The position numbers were made by a program, and so were the translations under genes. 40,883 nucleotides of DNA from a virus (lineage: Duplodnaviria > Heunggongvirae > Uroviricota > Caudoviricetes), in IMG/VR virus record IMGVR_UViG_2909314774_000005. One strand, written 5' to 3'. Under the pieces are notes generated by a model, which did not search any database, was not told where the DNA came from, and worked only from the letters and a program-made list of their open reading frames with translations. Below are positions 25,456 to 35,259 of the stretch, piece after piece; the stretch's first letter is position 1, and each line of letters starts with the position of its first letter.

Positions 25456-28407
25456 ATGTCGGGACAGTTTTCAGTCGGCGTTGTTATCGGCGGGATGATT
25501 GGCAGCACATTCCGTTCTGCAATGAGCGGTACCCGCCGTGCGCTTGATTCCCTGAGCGATACCTCACGCCGCCTGCAGGAACGTCAGAACGCTTTAACCC
25601 GTGCAACAGAACGTTATGGTCAACTGGGTTCTTCCCGGATGCAGCATCTCAACAGCGAGCTGCTGCGGGTAAGCCGCACCATGGAGCAAATTGAGCGCCA
25701 GCAGCGCCGTCTGTCAGCGGCATCCGCTACCAGTGATGCGCTGAAAGCTAACCGCATGGCGCTGTATGGTCAGGGGATTGAAGCGTATGGCATGGCACAG
25801 ACTGTTTATCATACGGTTTCCCCTGCCGTTCAGCAGTCCATGTCTTTTCAGGACAAAATGATTGATATGTCGATCACCGCAAAATATGACAATAAAACGC
25901 GGGATGCACTTGCCGGACAGATAAAAGGCTGGGCGCTTAAATACAATCAGTATCAGGATGAGCTGCAGGAGGCGATGGGTTCACTCATCAGCGACAATAT
26001 TGATAATGTGTCAGATATCGGTTTTCTGATGCCGGATATTGCCCGCGCGGCAACGGCAACACGCACGTCTGCTCAGGACTGGGCAAAAGTGGCCGCAGTC
26101 TGGCAAAACTCCCTGAAAGGCGCGGCCAGAGATTTTGGTGCCGTTCAGAATATTATGGCTTATGCCGGTGACCAGGGGTCATTTGAAATCCCGGATCAGG
26201 TCAAGTGGATGCAGTCCCTGGCCCCAATGATGGCGGGTATTGCCAGTGGAAAAGAGGCTGTTGCTGAAATCGGGGCCAGTCTCCAGATAGCAAAAATCGG
26301 TGCAGGTTCCACCGACGAAGCAGCCAATAATTTTAAAAACTTTCTTACCAAAATTTTTGCCCGCGATACTCAGAAACAGTTTGCTGATCTGGGTATTGAT
26401 TTGCAGGGATCTATTGCGAGTTATAAAGCTGCGGGGATCTCTCCGATTGAAGGGATGTTGAGTGTTATAGAACGTTACCTCAATGCCAAAAGCCCCGAAG
26501 CGCTGGCCGGCTTCAAATCAGCCATGAAAATAAAGAATGATACGGCAAGAGATGAGGCACTTCAGGCTCTGGCGAAAAACTTTGGTCTGGGCGATATGTT
26601 CGCGGATATGCAGGTCATGGCATTTATCCGCCCGATGCTGGCCAACATGGACAGATATCGAGAGATCCGTGCCGGTGCTCTCAGGGCTGCGGATAACGAT
26701 TTGCTTGCCAGTGCTTATGATCAGCGGCTGAAATCTCCCCTTGAAGCCACTAAAACACTTATGGTCAGCAGTCGCGATCTGGCAATTACGCTGGGCGATC
26801 AATTAGCTCCATCTTTTATTTCTCTGACTCAGGACTTGCTCCCACTCATTCAGGGGACAAAACACTGGGTGGCGACTCACCCGCAATTTGTCAGTGGGGC
26901 TTTTAAGCTCATCAGTGCGCTCCTTGCGATTAAGATAGCGACTGTTGGTCTCAAACTGGGGCTGAATCTCCTTATTTCCCCCTTTGTGAACGTCTGGAAA
27001 ACTGCTGTTTTACTCCGGACCAACTGGCATCGACTGACTACCGCACTCGGAGAAGGTGGCAAATTACGCTGGCTTGTCACTGGATTCAGCCGACTGACCA
27101 GCGGAGGACTGAAACTCAGCAAAGTTCTGGCGGGCAGCCTCGTTCGCGGTTTTATGAGCGCTGCACGTGCCGTTCTCTGGATTGGGCGAGCGCTGATGAT
27201 GAATCCCATCGGTCTCGTTATCACCGCTGTCGCGGCAGCAGCTTACCTTATCTACCGCAACTGGGGGGCAGTCAGTGGCTGGTTTAAACAGCGCTGGGCT
27301 GACATTCAGGAAGCCTTTAACGGCGGTATCGCGGGAACTGGTAAGCTGCTGATTAACTGGTCGCCGGCAGGCCTGCTCTATAAAGCCTTTGCGGCTGCGC
27401 TGAAATATTTCGGCGTTACTCTGCCGGCAAAGTTCACCGACTTCGGTGGCCATCTTATCGACGGTTTGATTAACGGTATCAAAAACAAATGGGGGTCGCT
27501 CAAATCCAGTGTAACCGGAATGGGTGACAGCATCAGTAGCTGGTTTAAACAATGCTGGGCTGACATTCAGGAAGCCTTTAACGGCGGTATCGCGGGAACT
27601 GGTAAGCTGCTGATTAACTGGTCGCCGGCAGGTCTGCTCTATAAAGCCTTTGCAGCTGCGCTGAAATATCTTGGTGTTGATCTGCCGGCAAAGTTTACCG
27701 ACTTCGGTGGCCATCTTGTCGATGGTCTGATTAACGGTATCAAAAACAAATGGGAGTCGCTCAAATCCAGTGTAACCGGAATGGGCGACAGCATCAGTGG
27801 CTGGTTCAGCGAAAAGCTGGGCATTCATTCGCCGAGCCGCGTGTTTATGGGCTTTGGTGACAATATCGCGCAGGGGGCCGCCATTGGCCTGCAGCGGACC
27901 ACTCCGCTTGCAGCTCTGGCCGGGCAGCGAATGGCCAGTGAACTGCTCCCCAGAATGCCCGTGAGCATTCAGGGGCCAGAAATACGGGATAACACTTCAG
28001 GTGTTCGCTTCAGTATGCCGTTGCCCGATATCAATGGGTTTATGTCGTCTGCTAAAAATGCGATCGGAGCCGTAATCAATAGTTTGTCTTCCATGCCCGC
28101 TATTCCGCTCTCCACCCGGGCATCGATTTTACCAGGGCAACGTCTGGCAAATGAGATGACACCGGATGTTCCCCGTATCCCCTCGCCTGAAATCCTGGCT
28201 GCCGGATATTCAGGCCGTGGTGCAGCTGCAACCGGCGGTGGAACGTCTGGTGGTATCCAGGTCAGCTTTAATCCTCAGTTTTTCCTCAATGGCAGGGAAA
28301 CCACAGCGCCTGCAGGACTGACTGGTGCCCTGAATATGAGTCTGCATGAGCTGGAAAAAATGCTGGAGCGTCTGCTGGCTCAGAAACAACGTAAGGAGTA
28401 CCGCTGA
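25456..28407 (+). CDS. tail tape-measure protein
   Basis: 983-aa largely helical ORF between chaperone and baseplate genes; ATG preceded by GGAGG. Confidence 0.9.
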   Translation: MSGQFSVGVVIGGMIGSTFRSAMSGTRRALDSLSDTSRRLQERQNALTRATERYGQLGSSRMQHLNSELLRVSRTMEQIERQQRRLSAASATSDALKANRMALYGQGIEAYGMAQTVYHTVSPAVQQSMSFQDKMIDMSITAKYDNKTRDALAGQIKGWALKYNQYQDELQEAMGSLISDNIDNVSDIGFLMPDIARAATATRTSAQDWAKVAAVWQNSLKGAARDFGAVQNIMAYAGDQGSFEIPDQVKWMQSLAPMMAGIASGKEAVAEIGASLQIAKIGAGSTDEAANNFKNFLTKIFARDTQKQFADLGIDLQGSIASYKAAGISPIEGMLSVIERYLNAKSPEALAGFKSAMKIKNDTARDEALQALAKNFGLGDMFADMQVMAFIRPMLANMDRYREIRAGALRAADNDLLASAYDQRLKSPLEATKTLMVSSRDLAITLGDQLAPSFISLTQDLLPLIQGTKHWVATHPQFVSGAFKLISALLAIKIATVGLKLGLNLLISPFVNVWKTAVLLRTNWHRLTTALGEGGKLRWLVTGFSRLTSGGLKLSKVLAGSLVRGFMSAARAVLWIGRALMMNPIGLVITAVAAAAYLIYRNWGAVSGWFKQRWADIQEAFNGGIAGTGKLLINWSPAGLLYKAFAAALKYFGVTLPAKFTDFGGHLIDGLINGIKNKWGSLKSSVTGMGDSISSWFKQCWADIQEAFNGGIAGTGKLLINWSPAGLLYKAFAAALKYLGVDLPAKFTDFGGHLVDGLINGIKNKWESLKSSVTGMGDSISGWFSEKLGIHSPSRVFMGFGDNIAQGAAIGLQRTTPLAALAGQRMASELLPRMPVSIQGPEIRDNTSGVRFSMPLPDINGFMSSAKNAIGAVINSLSSMPAIPLSTRASILPGQRLANEMTPDVPRIPSPEILAAGYSGRGAAATGGGTSGGIQVSFNPQFFLNGRETTAPAGLTGALNMSLHELEKMLERLLAQKQRKEYR
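27280..27801 (+). repeat. in-frame tandem duplication, 2 x 261 bp (87 aa), within the tape-measure gene
   Basis: Read directly: unit 1 (27280-27540, WFKQRWADIQ...DSISS) and unit 2 (27541-27801, WFKQCWADIQ...DSISG) are near-identical; the 261-nt period is also visible as duplicated antisense ORFs in the track (27378 and 27639). Confidence 0.85.
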
Positions 28408-29291
28408 TGTTTGCCGTACTGGGTGATATTGAGTTTGAGCTGATTACCTACTGGGACGGCTTCGAGGCCACGTTCGGCGTCGATTATGCGGAGCATGCCC
28501 GCATCGGGGGTAAGCCTGGTCTGCAGTTCGTCGGCGACAGGCTGGACGAAATCCAGATAACTCTGGTTTTCCATCAGCATTATTGTGTACCCGATGTGGA
28601 GCTGGCGAGACTGCGAACAGCCATGAAAGCCCATCAGGCACTGGCGCTGGTCTTCGGCAACGGTGACTATCGCGGCTGGTTCGTGATCACCGATGTGACT
28701 GCAACCAGCGAGCAGACTGACAGTACCGGCAACGTGCTGGCTGTCAGTGCCACCGTGTCTCTCCGGGAATACACCGGTGACCCGAAAAATCCTCTGCAAC
28801 CACCGGCAATACGCACGAAGCTCCCGGGTGTCGGGGCGGTCTCCGGTGCCATACCTTCACCTTCAGGGGTGGCGCAGTTCATCCGCAACGGCGTCAACTA
28901 TGCGAAACAGGCGCAGTCTGTACTCCAGACCACTATCAGCGCCGTTCGGGTGACACAGAAAATGAAGGATAACCCCGTTGTCGCACTGACCCGTGTGCCG
29001 GGGCTGATGAGCGGACTGGGTAATATCTCCGGGGCTCTGGGGAAAAGTGTTCCGGCGTTTAACGCACTCTCTGAATCCATGCCCGATGCCATCAGTCTGG
29101 CCAGAACAGCCAGCGAAGCAGCCACGTATGTACAGCAGGCACAGTCTGCGCTGAGTGGTGTGGACAAAAGAAATATTGCAGGTGCTCTGGATACCGTTTC
29201 CGGGCAGCTTAACGCCGTCGGCACAGCATTCAACCGCATGTCTCCGGGATTAAGTGCAATGGCCGCCAGAATACTGACGAGGAGTGTGTGA
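28407..29291 (+). CDS. tail protein, DNA-circularisation protein N-like (Mu gp43-like)
   Basis: 294-aa ORF, ATG overlaps the tape-measure stop; AAGGAG upstream. Confidence 0.7.
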   Translation: MFAVLGDIEFELITYWDGFEATFGVDYAEHARIGGKPGLQFVGDRLDEIQITLVFHQHYCVPDVELARLRTAMKAHQALALVFGNGDYRGWFVITDVTATSEQTDSTGNVLAVSATVSLREYTGDPKNPLQPPAIRTKLPGVGAVSGAIPSPSGVAQFIRNGVNYAKQAQSVLQTTISAVRVTQKMKDNPVVALTRVPGLMSGLGNISGALGKSVPAFNALSESMPDAISLARTASEAATYVQQAQSALSGVDKRNIAGALDTVSGQLNAVGTAFNRMSPGLSAMAARILTRSV

Positions 29292-29503
29292 TGTTTCTTG
29301 AACATGTTACCCGTGACGGAGAGCGCTGGGATTCGCTGGCATGGCAGTACTACGGTGACCCGCTGGGCTATCCCCGGATTATTGCCGCCAATCCGCACGT
29401 GGCCATCACGCCGGTGCTGCCCTCCGGGCTGTTGTTACTGATCCCGGTGATTGAGGCTGAAGAAGCCCGTACAGAAGAGGATATTGCCCCATGGCTGAGA
29501 TAA
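29291..29503 (+). CDS. tail protein X-like (LysM-like, P2 gpX family)
   Basis: 70-aa ORF with RWDSLAWQYYGDP...IIAANPHV motif resembling P2 X; start at ATG overlapping the upstream stop. Confidence 0.7.
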   Translation: MFLEHVTRDGERWDSLAWQYYGDPLGYPRIIAANPHVAITPVLPSGLLLLIPVIEAEEARTEEDIAPWLR

Positions 29504-30645
29504 ACAGCACTGCGCAAGTCACATCAGCGTTAACCGGCGTCAGCGATGTGCTGACACCGGTGTTCACTCTGTGGTATCTGCAGAAAAACATCACCTCTGA
29601 TATCGCGCCTTATGTCACCCGTGTGACCTGGAGCGATAACATCAAAAATGAGTCCGATACCATTGAGGTGGAGCTGGACGACACCGATGGCCGCTGGCTG
29701 GATAAATGGTATCCGGGCAAGGGTGACACGCTGACGCTGAAAATGGGCTATCAGGGCGAGAAGCTGCTGTCCTGCGGTACGTTCTCTATAGACGAGATCG
29801 AAGTGAGTTCGCCCGCTTCCGTTGTTTCTATCCGTGGGGTGGCCACCTCGGTTAACAGTGCCCTGCGGACTAAAACCAGTCGTGGTTTTGAGAACACCAC
29901 GCTGGCAGCTGTTGCGGGGCGGATTGCCAGAAAGCACCGGCTGAAACTGGTGGGCAGCATTGAGTCCATCAGAATCGACCGGGTGACCCAGTATGCTGAA
30001 ACCGACGTGGGTTTTCTGCGCCGGCTGGCCAGCGAGTATGGTTATGCAGTGAAAGTGGTCAGTGACCAGCTGATTTTTTCTCATCTGGCCACACTGCGCA
30101 GTCAGGAGCCGGTCAGGCAGTTAAAACCGCAGGATGTGGCCCGCTTTTCCCTGCGTGACACCATCAACCGGGTCTATAAATCTGCAAAGGTAAAACACCA
30201 GAAAAGCAGCAGTAAAAAACTGATCGTCTACGAAGCTGATGGTGGTACCCGTGAAAGCGACAAAAAGCTCAAAGGTGGTAAGGTTACCAGCGCTGACTCA
30301 CTTAAAGTTAACAGCCGCGTCAGCGACCCGGACAGTGCCCGGATTAAAGCGGATTCAGCACTGGCCAGACATAACGAATACCAGCAGAACGGCTCCCTGA
30401 CGCTGACGGGAACACCTCAACTGACAGCAGGCAACAAAATTGAACTGGTGAGTTTTGGGCAGTTATCCGGGCCATGGCTCATAACCACTGCCCGCCATGC
30501 GTTTGACCGTAACAGCGGCTACACCACAGAGCTGGAAGTGGCACGGGGGCCAGTCACAAGAGGGAAAAAACAAAAAACTCAGAAACTCACGGTTTATCAC
30601 CCGGATGGCAGTACATCGACGGTGATTAAGGAGAAGAAAAAATGA
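29491..30645 (+). CDS. tail/baseplate hub protein (Mu P/gp44-like, P2 gpD-like)
   Basis: 384-aa ORF in the conserved position upstream of the spike gene. Confidence 0.8.
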   Translation: MAEINSTAQVTSALTGVSDVLTPVFTLWYLQKNITSDIAPYVTRVTWSDNIKNESDTIEVELDDTDGRWLDKWYPGKGDTLTLKMGYQGEKLLSCGTFSIDEIEVSSPASVVSIRGVATSVNSALRTKTSRGFENTTLAAVAGRIARKHRLKLVGSIESIRIDRVTQYAETDVGFLRRLASEYGYAVKVVSDQLIFSHLATLRSQEPVRQLKPQDVARFSLRDTINRVYKSAKVKHQKSSSKKLIVYEADGGTRESDKKLKGGKVTSADSLKVNSRVSDPDSARIKADSALARHNEYQQNGSLTLTGTPQLTAGNKIELVSFGQLSGPWLITTARHAFDRNSGYTTELEVARGPVTRGKKQKTQKLTVYHPDGSTSTVIKEKKK

Positions 30646-31238
30646 CTGGTGTCACTCGTCAGGTCGGTACGGTCAGTGCCGTTGATGCCGACAGGGTTCA
30701 GGCCCGCGTTCGTCTGCCTGAATGCGATAACCTGCGCACAAACTGGCTTAACGTGCTGCAGCGCAATACCCAGGATAACAAAGATTACTGGCTCCCTGAC
30801 GTGGGGGAGCAGGTTGAGGTGCTGCTCGATGCCAACGGCGAGGATGGTGTTATTCTGGGCGCGGTGTATTCAGACGTCGATAAACCACCGTTCAGTGACA
30901 AAAATATCCGGGGAACCCGGTTTGCTGATGGTGCAGAGTACAGCTACAACCGGAAGACGCACACTCTGATCATCCGGGGCGGCATTGAGCATATTGTCAT
31001 TGAGTGTGGTGCTGATGTGGTATTGAAAACACAGAAAGCCACGATTGACGCACCGGAAACCGAACTTACCGGAGATCTGCGTGTCAGGGGTAAGCTGATT
31101 TACGAAGGAGGCATGGCGGGTTCTGGTGGTGAAGGTGTTACCGCGACCATCCATGGCAATATCGAGATTAAAGGGAATGTCCATGCCACGGGCAGTATGT
31201 TGTCTGATGGCGAAAACTCCAGCCACCACTCCCACTGA
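30642..31238 (+). CDS. baseplate spike protein (gpV-like, Mu gp45-like)
   Basis: 198-aa ORF, strong SD (AAGGAGAAG); C-terminal Gly-rich beta-helix-like region. Confidence 0.8.
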   Translation: MTGVTRQVGTVSAVDADRVQARVRLPECDNLRTNWLNVLQRNTQDNKDYWLPDVGEQVEVLLDANGEDGVILGAVYSDVDKPPFSDKNIRGTRFADGAEYSYNRKTHTLIIRGGIEHIVIECGADVVLKTQKATIDAPETELTGDLRVRGKLIYEGGMAGSGGEGVTATIHGNIEIKGNVHATGSMLSDGENSSHHSH

Positions 31239-31274
31239 GCTTTTTAAACGCCTTTAATATCAGCGTTCCCGCAC

Positions 31275-31292
31275 GGGGGCAATACTGCCCCC
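31275..31292 (+). other. perfect hairpin GGGGGCA-ATAC-TGCCCCC ending 1 nt before the start codon of the next gene
   Basis: Read directly; 7-bp GC-rich stem immediately upstream of ATG 31293; no T tract follows. Confidence 0.4.
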
Positions 31293-31640
31293 ATGAAAAC
31301 AACCTCAGTATTCTGGCAACCAGCCCTGCAGGCTCCCGGCGAAATTGTCCGGGGGCTGGATGATATCCGGCAGGCGATTCAAATTATCCTGCGGACTCCC
31401 CGCGGCAGCGACCCGCATCGCCCGGAGTTCGGCAGCAATCTGCATCTTTATATCGACTGGCCTGTAGACCGGGCCATTCCGCATGTGGTGCGCGAATCCG
31501 TCGATGCCATCCGGCGCTGGGAGCCCCGCTGCCAGCTTATGTCAGTTAAACCCGCCGTCGACGGCGAACATCTTACGCTCCGGGTGAGCTGGAAAGGCTC
31601 AGACGGACAGACCCGGACTCAGGAGCTGCTATGGCGCTGA
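31293..31640 (+). CDS. baseplate wedge protein, GPW/gp25-like (Mu gp46-like)
   Basis: 115-aa ORF with GPW-like N-terminal motif (IRQAIQIILRTPRGSDPHRPEFGSNL). Confidence 0.75.
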   Translation: MKTTSVFWQPALQAPGEIVRGLDDIRQAIQIILRTPRGSDPHRPEFGSNLHLYIDWPVDRAIPHVVRESVDAIRRWEPRCQLMSVKPAVDGEHLTLRVSWKGSDGQTRTQELLWR

Positions 31641-32734
31641 CAGAACCCGATTTTATTGAACGCGATGCCGACAAAATCACGGCAGAAATGATTGCGAAGT
31701 ATGAAGCGGATACCGGCAAAACGCTGTACCCGGCACAGGCAGAACGTCTGCTGATTGATCTGTGGGCCTATCGCGAAATGCTGGTCAGGGTTGCGGTACA
31801 GGAGGCAGCAAAGCAGAATCTGGTCGCCTTTGCCCGTGAGCCGATGATTGATTACCTCGGTGAACTGGTCGGTGTATACCGTCTTGCCGCGCAGCCTGCC
31901 ACCACCACGCTCCAGTTCTCCGTAGATGAGGCACTGGCCATTGATGTGCTGATCCCGGCAGGCACCCGCGTCAGCGCTTCCGACAGCGTTATTTTTGCCA
32001 CCGATACAGATGTGGTACTGAAGGCCGGATTGCTGCTGGTCAATGTCACGGCCACCTGTACCGAACCCGGTACCGCTGGTAACGGCTGGCAACCTGCGCA
32101 GGTCAGTCAGTTACTCGATGAGATTGATAACGTTAACCTGCTGGTGAGCAATCTGATGGCCAGTTCCGGCGGTTCAGAACAGGAAGACGATGACAGGCTC
32201 CGGGAGCGTATCAGGCTGGCCCCGGAGTCATTCACCAATGCCGGAAGCCGTGGCGCATACCGCTTTCATGCCATGCAGGCCCATCCCAACATTGTCGATG
32301 TTGCTGTGCTTTCCCCGGTTCCCGGGACCGTAGATCTGTATCCGCTGCTCAGTACCGGTCTGCCGGACGGCGGTGTTCTCACGCTGGTAGAGAGTTTCTG
32401 CTCTGATGAGAAAGTCAGGCCACTCACTGATACAGTGCGGGCTAAAACACCAGTGAAGGTGGATTACACCATTGAAGCCAGGATTACGATCTATCGTGAT
32501 CAGGATGCCAGGTCTGTAAAAGATGCCGCTAACAGCGCCATACAGAACTGGGTGGCATCACGTGCCGCCACGCTGGGGCGCGATATTGTCCCCAGCCAGA
32601 TTATCAGTGCATTGTCCGTTTCCGGGGTGTACCAGGTTGAACTGGTGACACCGGCACTGCGGGTGGTGGCAGAAAACGAATGGGCAAACTGTACGGCAAT
32701 CACTCTTAACATGACTGGAGTGTCTGATGACTGA
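31631..32734 (+). CDS. baseplate J-like protein (Mu gp47-like)
   Basis: 367-aa ORF, ATG preceded by AGGAG, overlaps neighbours on both sides. Confidence 0.8.
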   Translation: MALTEPDFIERDADKITAEMIAKYEADTGKTLYPAQAERLLIDLWAYREMLVRVAVQEAAKQNLVAFAREPMIDYLGELVGVYRLAAQPATTTLQFSVDEALAIDVLIPAGTRVSASDSVIFATDTDVVLKAGLLLVNVTATCTEPGTAGNGWQPAQVSQLLDEIDNVNLLVSNLMASSGGSEQEDDDRLRERIRLAPESFTNAGSRGAYRFHAMQAHPNIVDVAVLSPVPGTVDLYPLLSTGLPDGGVLTLVESFCSDEKVRPLTDTVRAKTPVKVDYTIEARITIYRDQDARSVKDAANSAIQNWVASRAATLGRDIVPSQIISALSVSGVYQVELVTPALRVVAENEWANCTAITLNMTGVSDD

Positions 32735-33305
32735 GCCATTACAACTCCCGCCACCGCTTGAGGGTGATATCAGTCTCAGGACGCTGGGAAGACTGGCAGG
32801 ACGGCTGGATAACATCGACCTGAGCGTACTGATGGTCTTTCTCGTCGATATCGTCGACAGTTCCGCGCTGCCATGGCTGGGCGAGCAGTTCTCACTGTCT
32901 GGCGATGGCTGGGAGCTGGCGGAATCGGACGATGTTCGCCGCATGCTTATAAAAGCAGCCATCGAACTGCACCGGTATAAAGGGACGCCGTGGTCAATCC
33001 GGGAAGTTATCCGCCGTTTTGGCTTTGGTGAAGTGGATCTGATTGAAGGCACAGGTCGTCTCAGTTACGACGGCAATCGCAGCTATAACGGACTGTTTGT
33101 TCATGGAGATGCAGCCGCCTGGGCAGTTTATCGCGTTATTCTGAAACAGCCCATTACTAACGATCAGGCCGCGATGCTGCGTCAGACGCTGGCTGCATTT
33201 GCACCGGCCCGCTGCCATCTGGCCAGCCTGGAGTATCAGTCTGTGGCCATTCGCTATAACAATACCGCCATCCATGATGGCAGTTATAACCACGGGAGCA
33301 GTTGA
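32727..33305 (+). CDS. tail protein I-like (Mu gp48-like, P2 gpI-like)
   Basis: 192-aa ORF between the J-like and tail-fibre genes. Confidence 0.75.
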   Translation: MTEPLQLPPPLEGDISLRTLGRLAGRLDNIDLSVLMVFLVDIVDSSALPWLGEQFSLSGDGWELAESDDVRRMLIKAAIELHRYKGTPWSIREVIRRFGFGEVDLIEGTGRLSYDGNRSYNGLFVHGDAAAWAVYRVILKQPITNDQAAMLRQTLAAFAPARCHLASLEYQSVAIRYNNTAIHDGSYNHGSS

Positions 33306-33307
33306 TT

Positions 33308-34639
33308 ATGGGAAACCTGAATGAAACAGAAAAGTGGGAAGAAAATATCTATCAACTGGAGACATCAGATCCGGTTCTGGGTGGTGCAGACGGGATATCA
33401 AATCGAGCCCCCCGGCAACTGGCAAACAGGACGAAATGGCTGAAGAAGAAAACGGAGGAAGCCGCACAGTCACTGGCTGAACACGTACGTTCCCGTAACC
33501 ACCCGGACGCGACACTGACAGCTAAGGGGTTCACCCAACTGAGCAGTGCCACCAACAGCACCTCTGAAACGCTGGCCGCCACACCAAAAGCGGTCAAGGC
33601 TGCATACGACCTGGCAGCCGGCAAGGCGCCTGCCAGCCACACTCACCCGTGGAGTCAGATAACGGGAGTGCCTGCGGCTTCACTGACGGCAAAAGGCACC
33701 GTACAACTGAGCAGCGCCACGGACAGTCAATCAGAAACTGAGGCTGCCACGCCGAAGGCGGTCAAGGCTGCATACGACCTTGCAGCCGGCAAGGCGCCCG
33801 TCAGCCACACTCACCCGTGGAGTCAGATAACGGGAGTGCCTGCTGCCTCGCTGACGGCAAAAGGCACCGTACAATTGAGCAGTGCCATCAACAGCACGTC
33901 TGAAATACTGGCCGCCACACCGAAAGCGGTCAAGGCTGCATACGATCTGGCAAACGGAAAACAACCGGCAGATGCCACGCTCACTGCTCTGGCAGGACTT
34001 GCCACTGCAGCAGATCGGTTGCCTTATTTTACCGGAGCAGACCGCGCAGAGCTGGCAACCCTTACAGCTATTGGTCGCGCTATTATCGCTAAGGGCAGTA
34101 TAAAAGATGTCCTCAATTACCTTGGTTTAGGAGAAGGCTCGGCGCTACCCGTTGGTGTGCCTGTTCCGTGGCCCACCGCCACACCGCCAGCAGGCTGGTT
34201 AAAGTGCGACGGGCGCGCCTTTACAAAAGAACAATATCCTGTTCTGGCCAGAGTCTACCCGACCCTCCGTCTTCCCGATTTACGCGGTGAGTTTATCCGT
34301 GGATGGGACGACGGGCGCAAAGTTGATACAGGACGTAAGTTGCTGTCCGCACAAGGGGCAACGCTGTTAAGAACAGCAATGCTGGATTATTATAACCAGG
34401 ACACTACGGGAACCTCGGGGATAGTCGGCATGGGATTCAACAATGAAGATTCCATTACAGACCTTCGTGAGGGCAGCTTTAAAATGCCGGACGGGACAAC
34501 ATTCAGCGATCCTGTCGTGGCAATGTCAGACAATGGTATGCAGGCTACTATTCTGACCTCTATCAGAAGCGGGTATGCGAAGGGTATCACTGTCAGACCC
34601 CGTAGCATTGCACTTAATTACATTGTGAGGGCAGTTTAA
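33308..34639 (+). CDS. tail fibre protein (constant N-terminal part plus currently expressed C-terminal variable cassette)
   Basis: 443-aa ORF from first ATG; internal 56-aa tail-fibre repeats; C-terminal part after the gix-like site (from LGEGSALPVGVPVPWP) is homologous to the two inverted cassettes downstream. Confidence 0.85.
   Translation: MGNLNETEKWEENIYQLETSDPVLGGADGISNRAPRQLANRTKWLKKKTEEAAQSLAEHVRSRNHPDATLTAKGFTQLSSATNSTSETLAATPKAVKAAYDLAAGKAPASHTHPWSQITGVPAASLTAKGTVQLSSATDSQSETEAATPKAVKAAYDLAAGKAPVSHTHPWSQITGVPAASLTAKGTVQLSSAINSTSEILAATPKAVKAAYDLANGKQPADATLTALAGLATAADRLPYFTGADRAELATLTAIGRAIIAKGSIKDVLNYLGLGEGSALPVGVPVPWPTATPPAGWLKCDGRAFTKEQYPVLARVYPTLRLPDLRGEFIRGWDDGRKVDTGRKLLSAQGATLLRTAMLDYYNQDTTGTSGIVGMGFNNEDSITDLREGSFKMPDGTTFSDPVVAMSDNGMQATILTSIRSGYAKGITVRPRSIALNYIVRAV
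33518..33961 (+). repeat. tandem 168-bp (56-aa) repeats, about 2.6 copies, inside the tail-fibre gene
   Basis: Protein repeats TAKG(F/T)xQLSSAxxSxSExxAATPKAVKAAYDLAAGKAPxSHTHPWSQITGVPAASL starting at residues 73, 129 and 185. Confidence 0.8.
34110..34135 (+). other. gix-like recombination site (expression-locus copy) at the constant/variable junction of the tail-fibre gene
   Basis: Right half-site GGTTTAGGAGAA resembles the Gin/Hin site half GGTTTACAGGAA (from memory); the same half-site recurs inverted at 35713-35738 and 38692-38717, exactly where homology to the fibre C-terminus begins. Confidence 0.55.
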
Positions 34640-35253
34640 TGAGTAACACTGCAGTTCTGGATGAAAACGGTATCGCCACTGTAGCGGGCGATATCACTGT
34701 ATATCACTATGACGAGGAAACCCGGGAATACACCTCATCCTCTGTGGAGTATCTCGCCCTTGGGGTGGGTACTCCGGCACATTCGTGCGCCGATGCACCG
34801 CCGGAAGCAATTTCGGGTTACGTGGTTTGCCGGACTGCCACGCTGAACGGGTGGGAGCATGTGCCTGATCACCGCGGCGAGACGGTATACAGCACGGAGA
34901 ACGGTAACCCCGTTCTGATTACCCAACCGGGTGATTACCCGGCGGACACCACCACAAAACAGCCAGCCACGCCATGGGATACCTGGAACGGTGAGGCGTG
35001 GGTAACCGATACTGAACGGCAGCGAGCCGCAGAACTGGAGGTTGCCAGACAGCAACGCCAGCAACGGGTGAAACAGGCGATGGCGTCCGTCGATCTTATC
35101 AACCTCAAACTGCGTGCTGGTCGCAGTCTGAAACCAGAAGAAACGGCAAAACTGAACGCCGTGCTGGATTATATCGACGAGCTGAACGCACTGGATATCA
35201 GCAAGGCACCTGAAATCAGCTGGCCGGAAGCGCCACTGGCGCTTGCCGGCTGA
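34639..35253 (+). CDS. tail fibre assembly chaperone (Tfa family, Mu U-like)
   Basis: 204-aa ORF with Tfa-like motifs (VPDHRGETVY ... WNGEAWVTDTE ... ISKAPEISWPEAP), directly after the fibre gene. Confidence 0.8.
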   Translation: MSNTAVLDENGIATVAGDITVYHYDEETREYTSSSVEYLALGVGTPAHSCADAPPEAISGYVVCRTATLNGWEHVPDHRGETVYSTENGNPVLITQPGDYPADTTTKQPATPWDTWNGEAWVTDTERQRAAELEVARQQRQQRVKQAMASVDLINLKLRAGRSLKPEETAKLNAVLDYIDELNALDISKAPEISWPEAPLALAG

Positions 35254-35259
35254 ACGGTA

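Noticed and set aside
27064-27828. 254-aa - strand ORF and the two near-identical 61/62-aa - strand ORFs (27378, 27639) in the tape-measure gene
   Set aside because: They are antisense reflections of the 261-bp tandem duplication, not independent genes; they are useful only as confirmation of the repeat period.
33306-34005. Several - strand ORFs (33306, 33352, 33731, 33823) and + strand 33882..34103 in the tail-fibre gene
   Set aside because: Produced by the repetitive fibre sequence; antisense or out of frame to the fibre gene.
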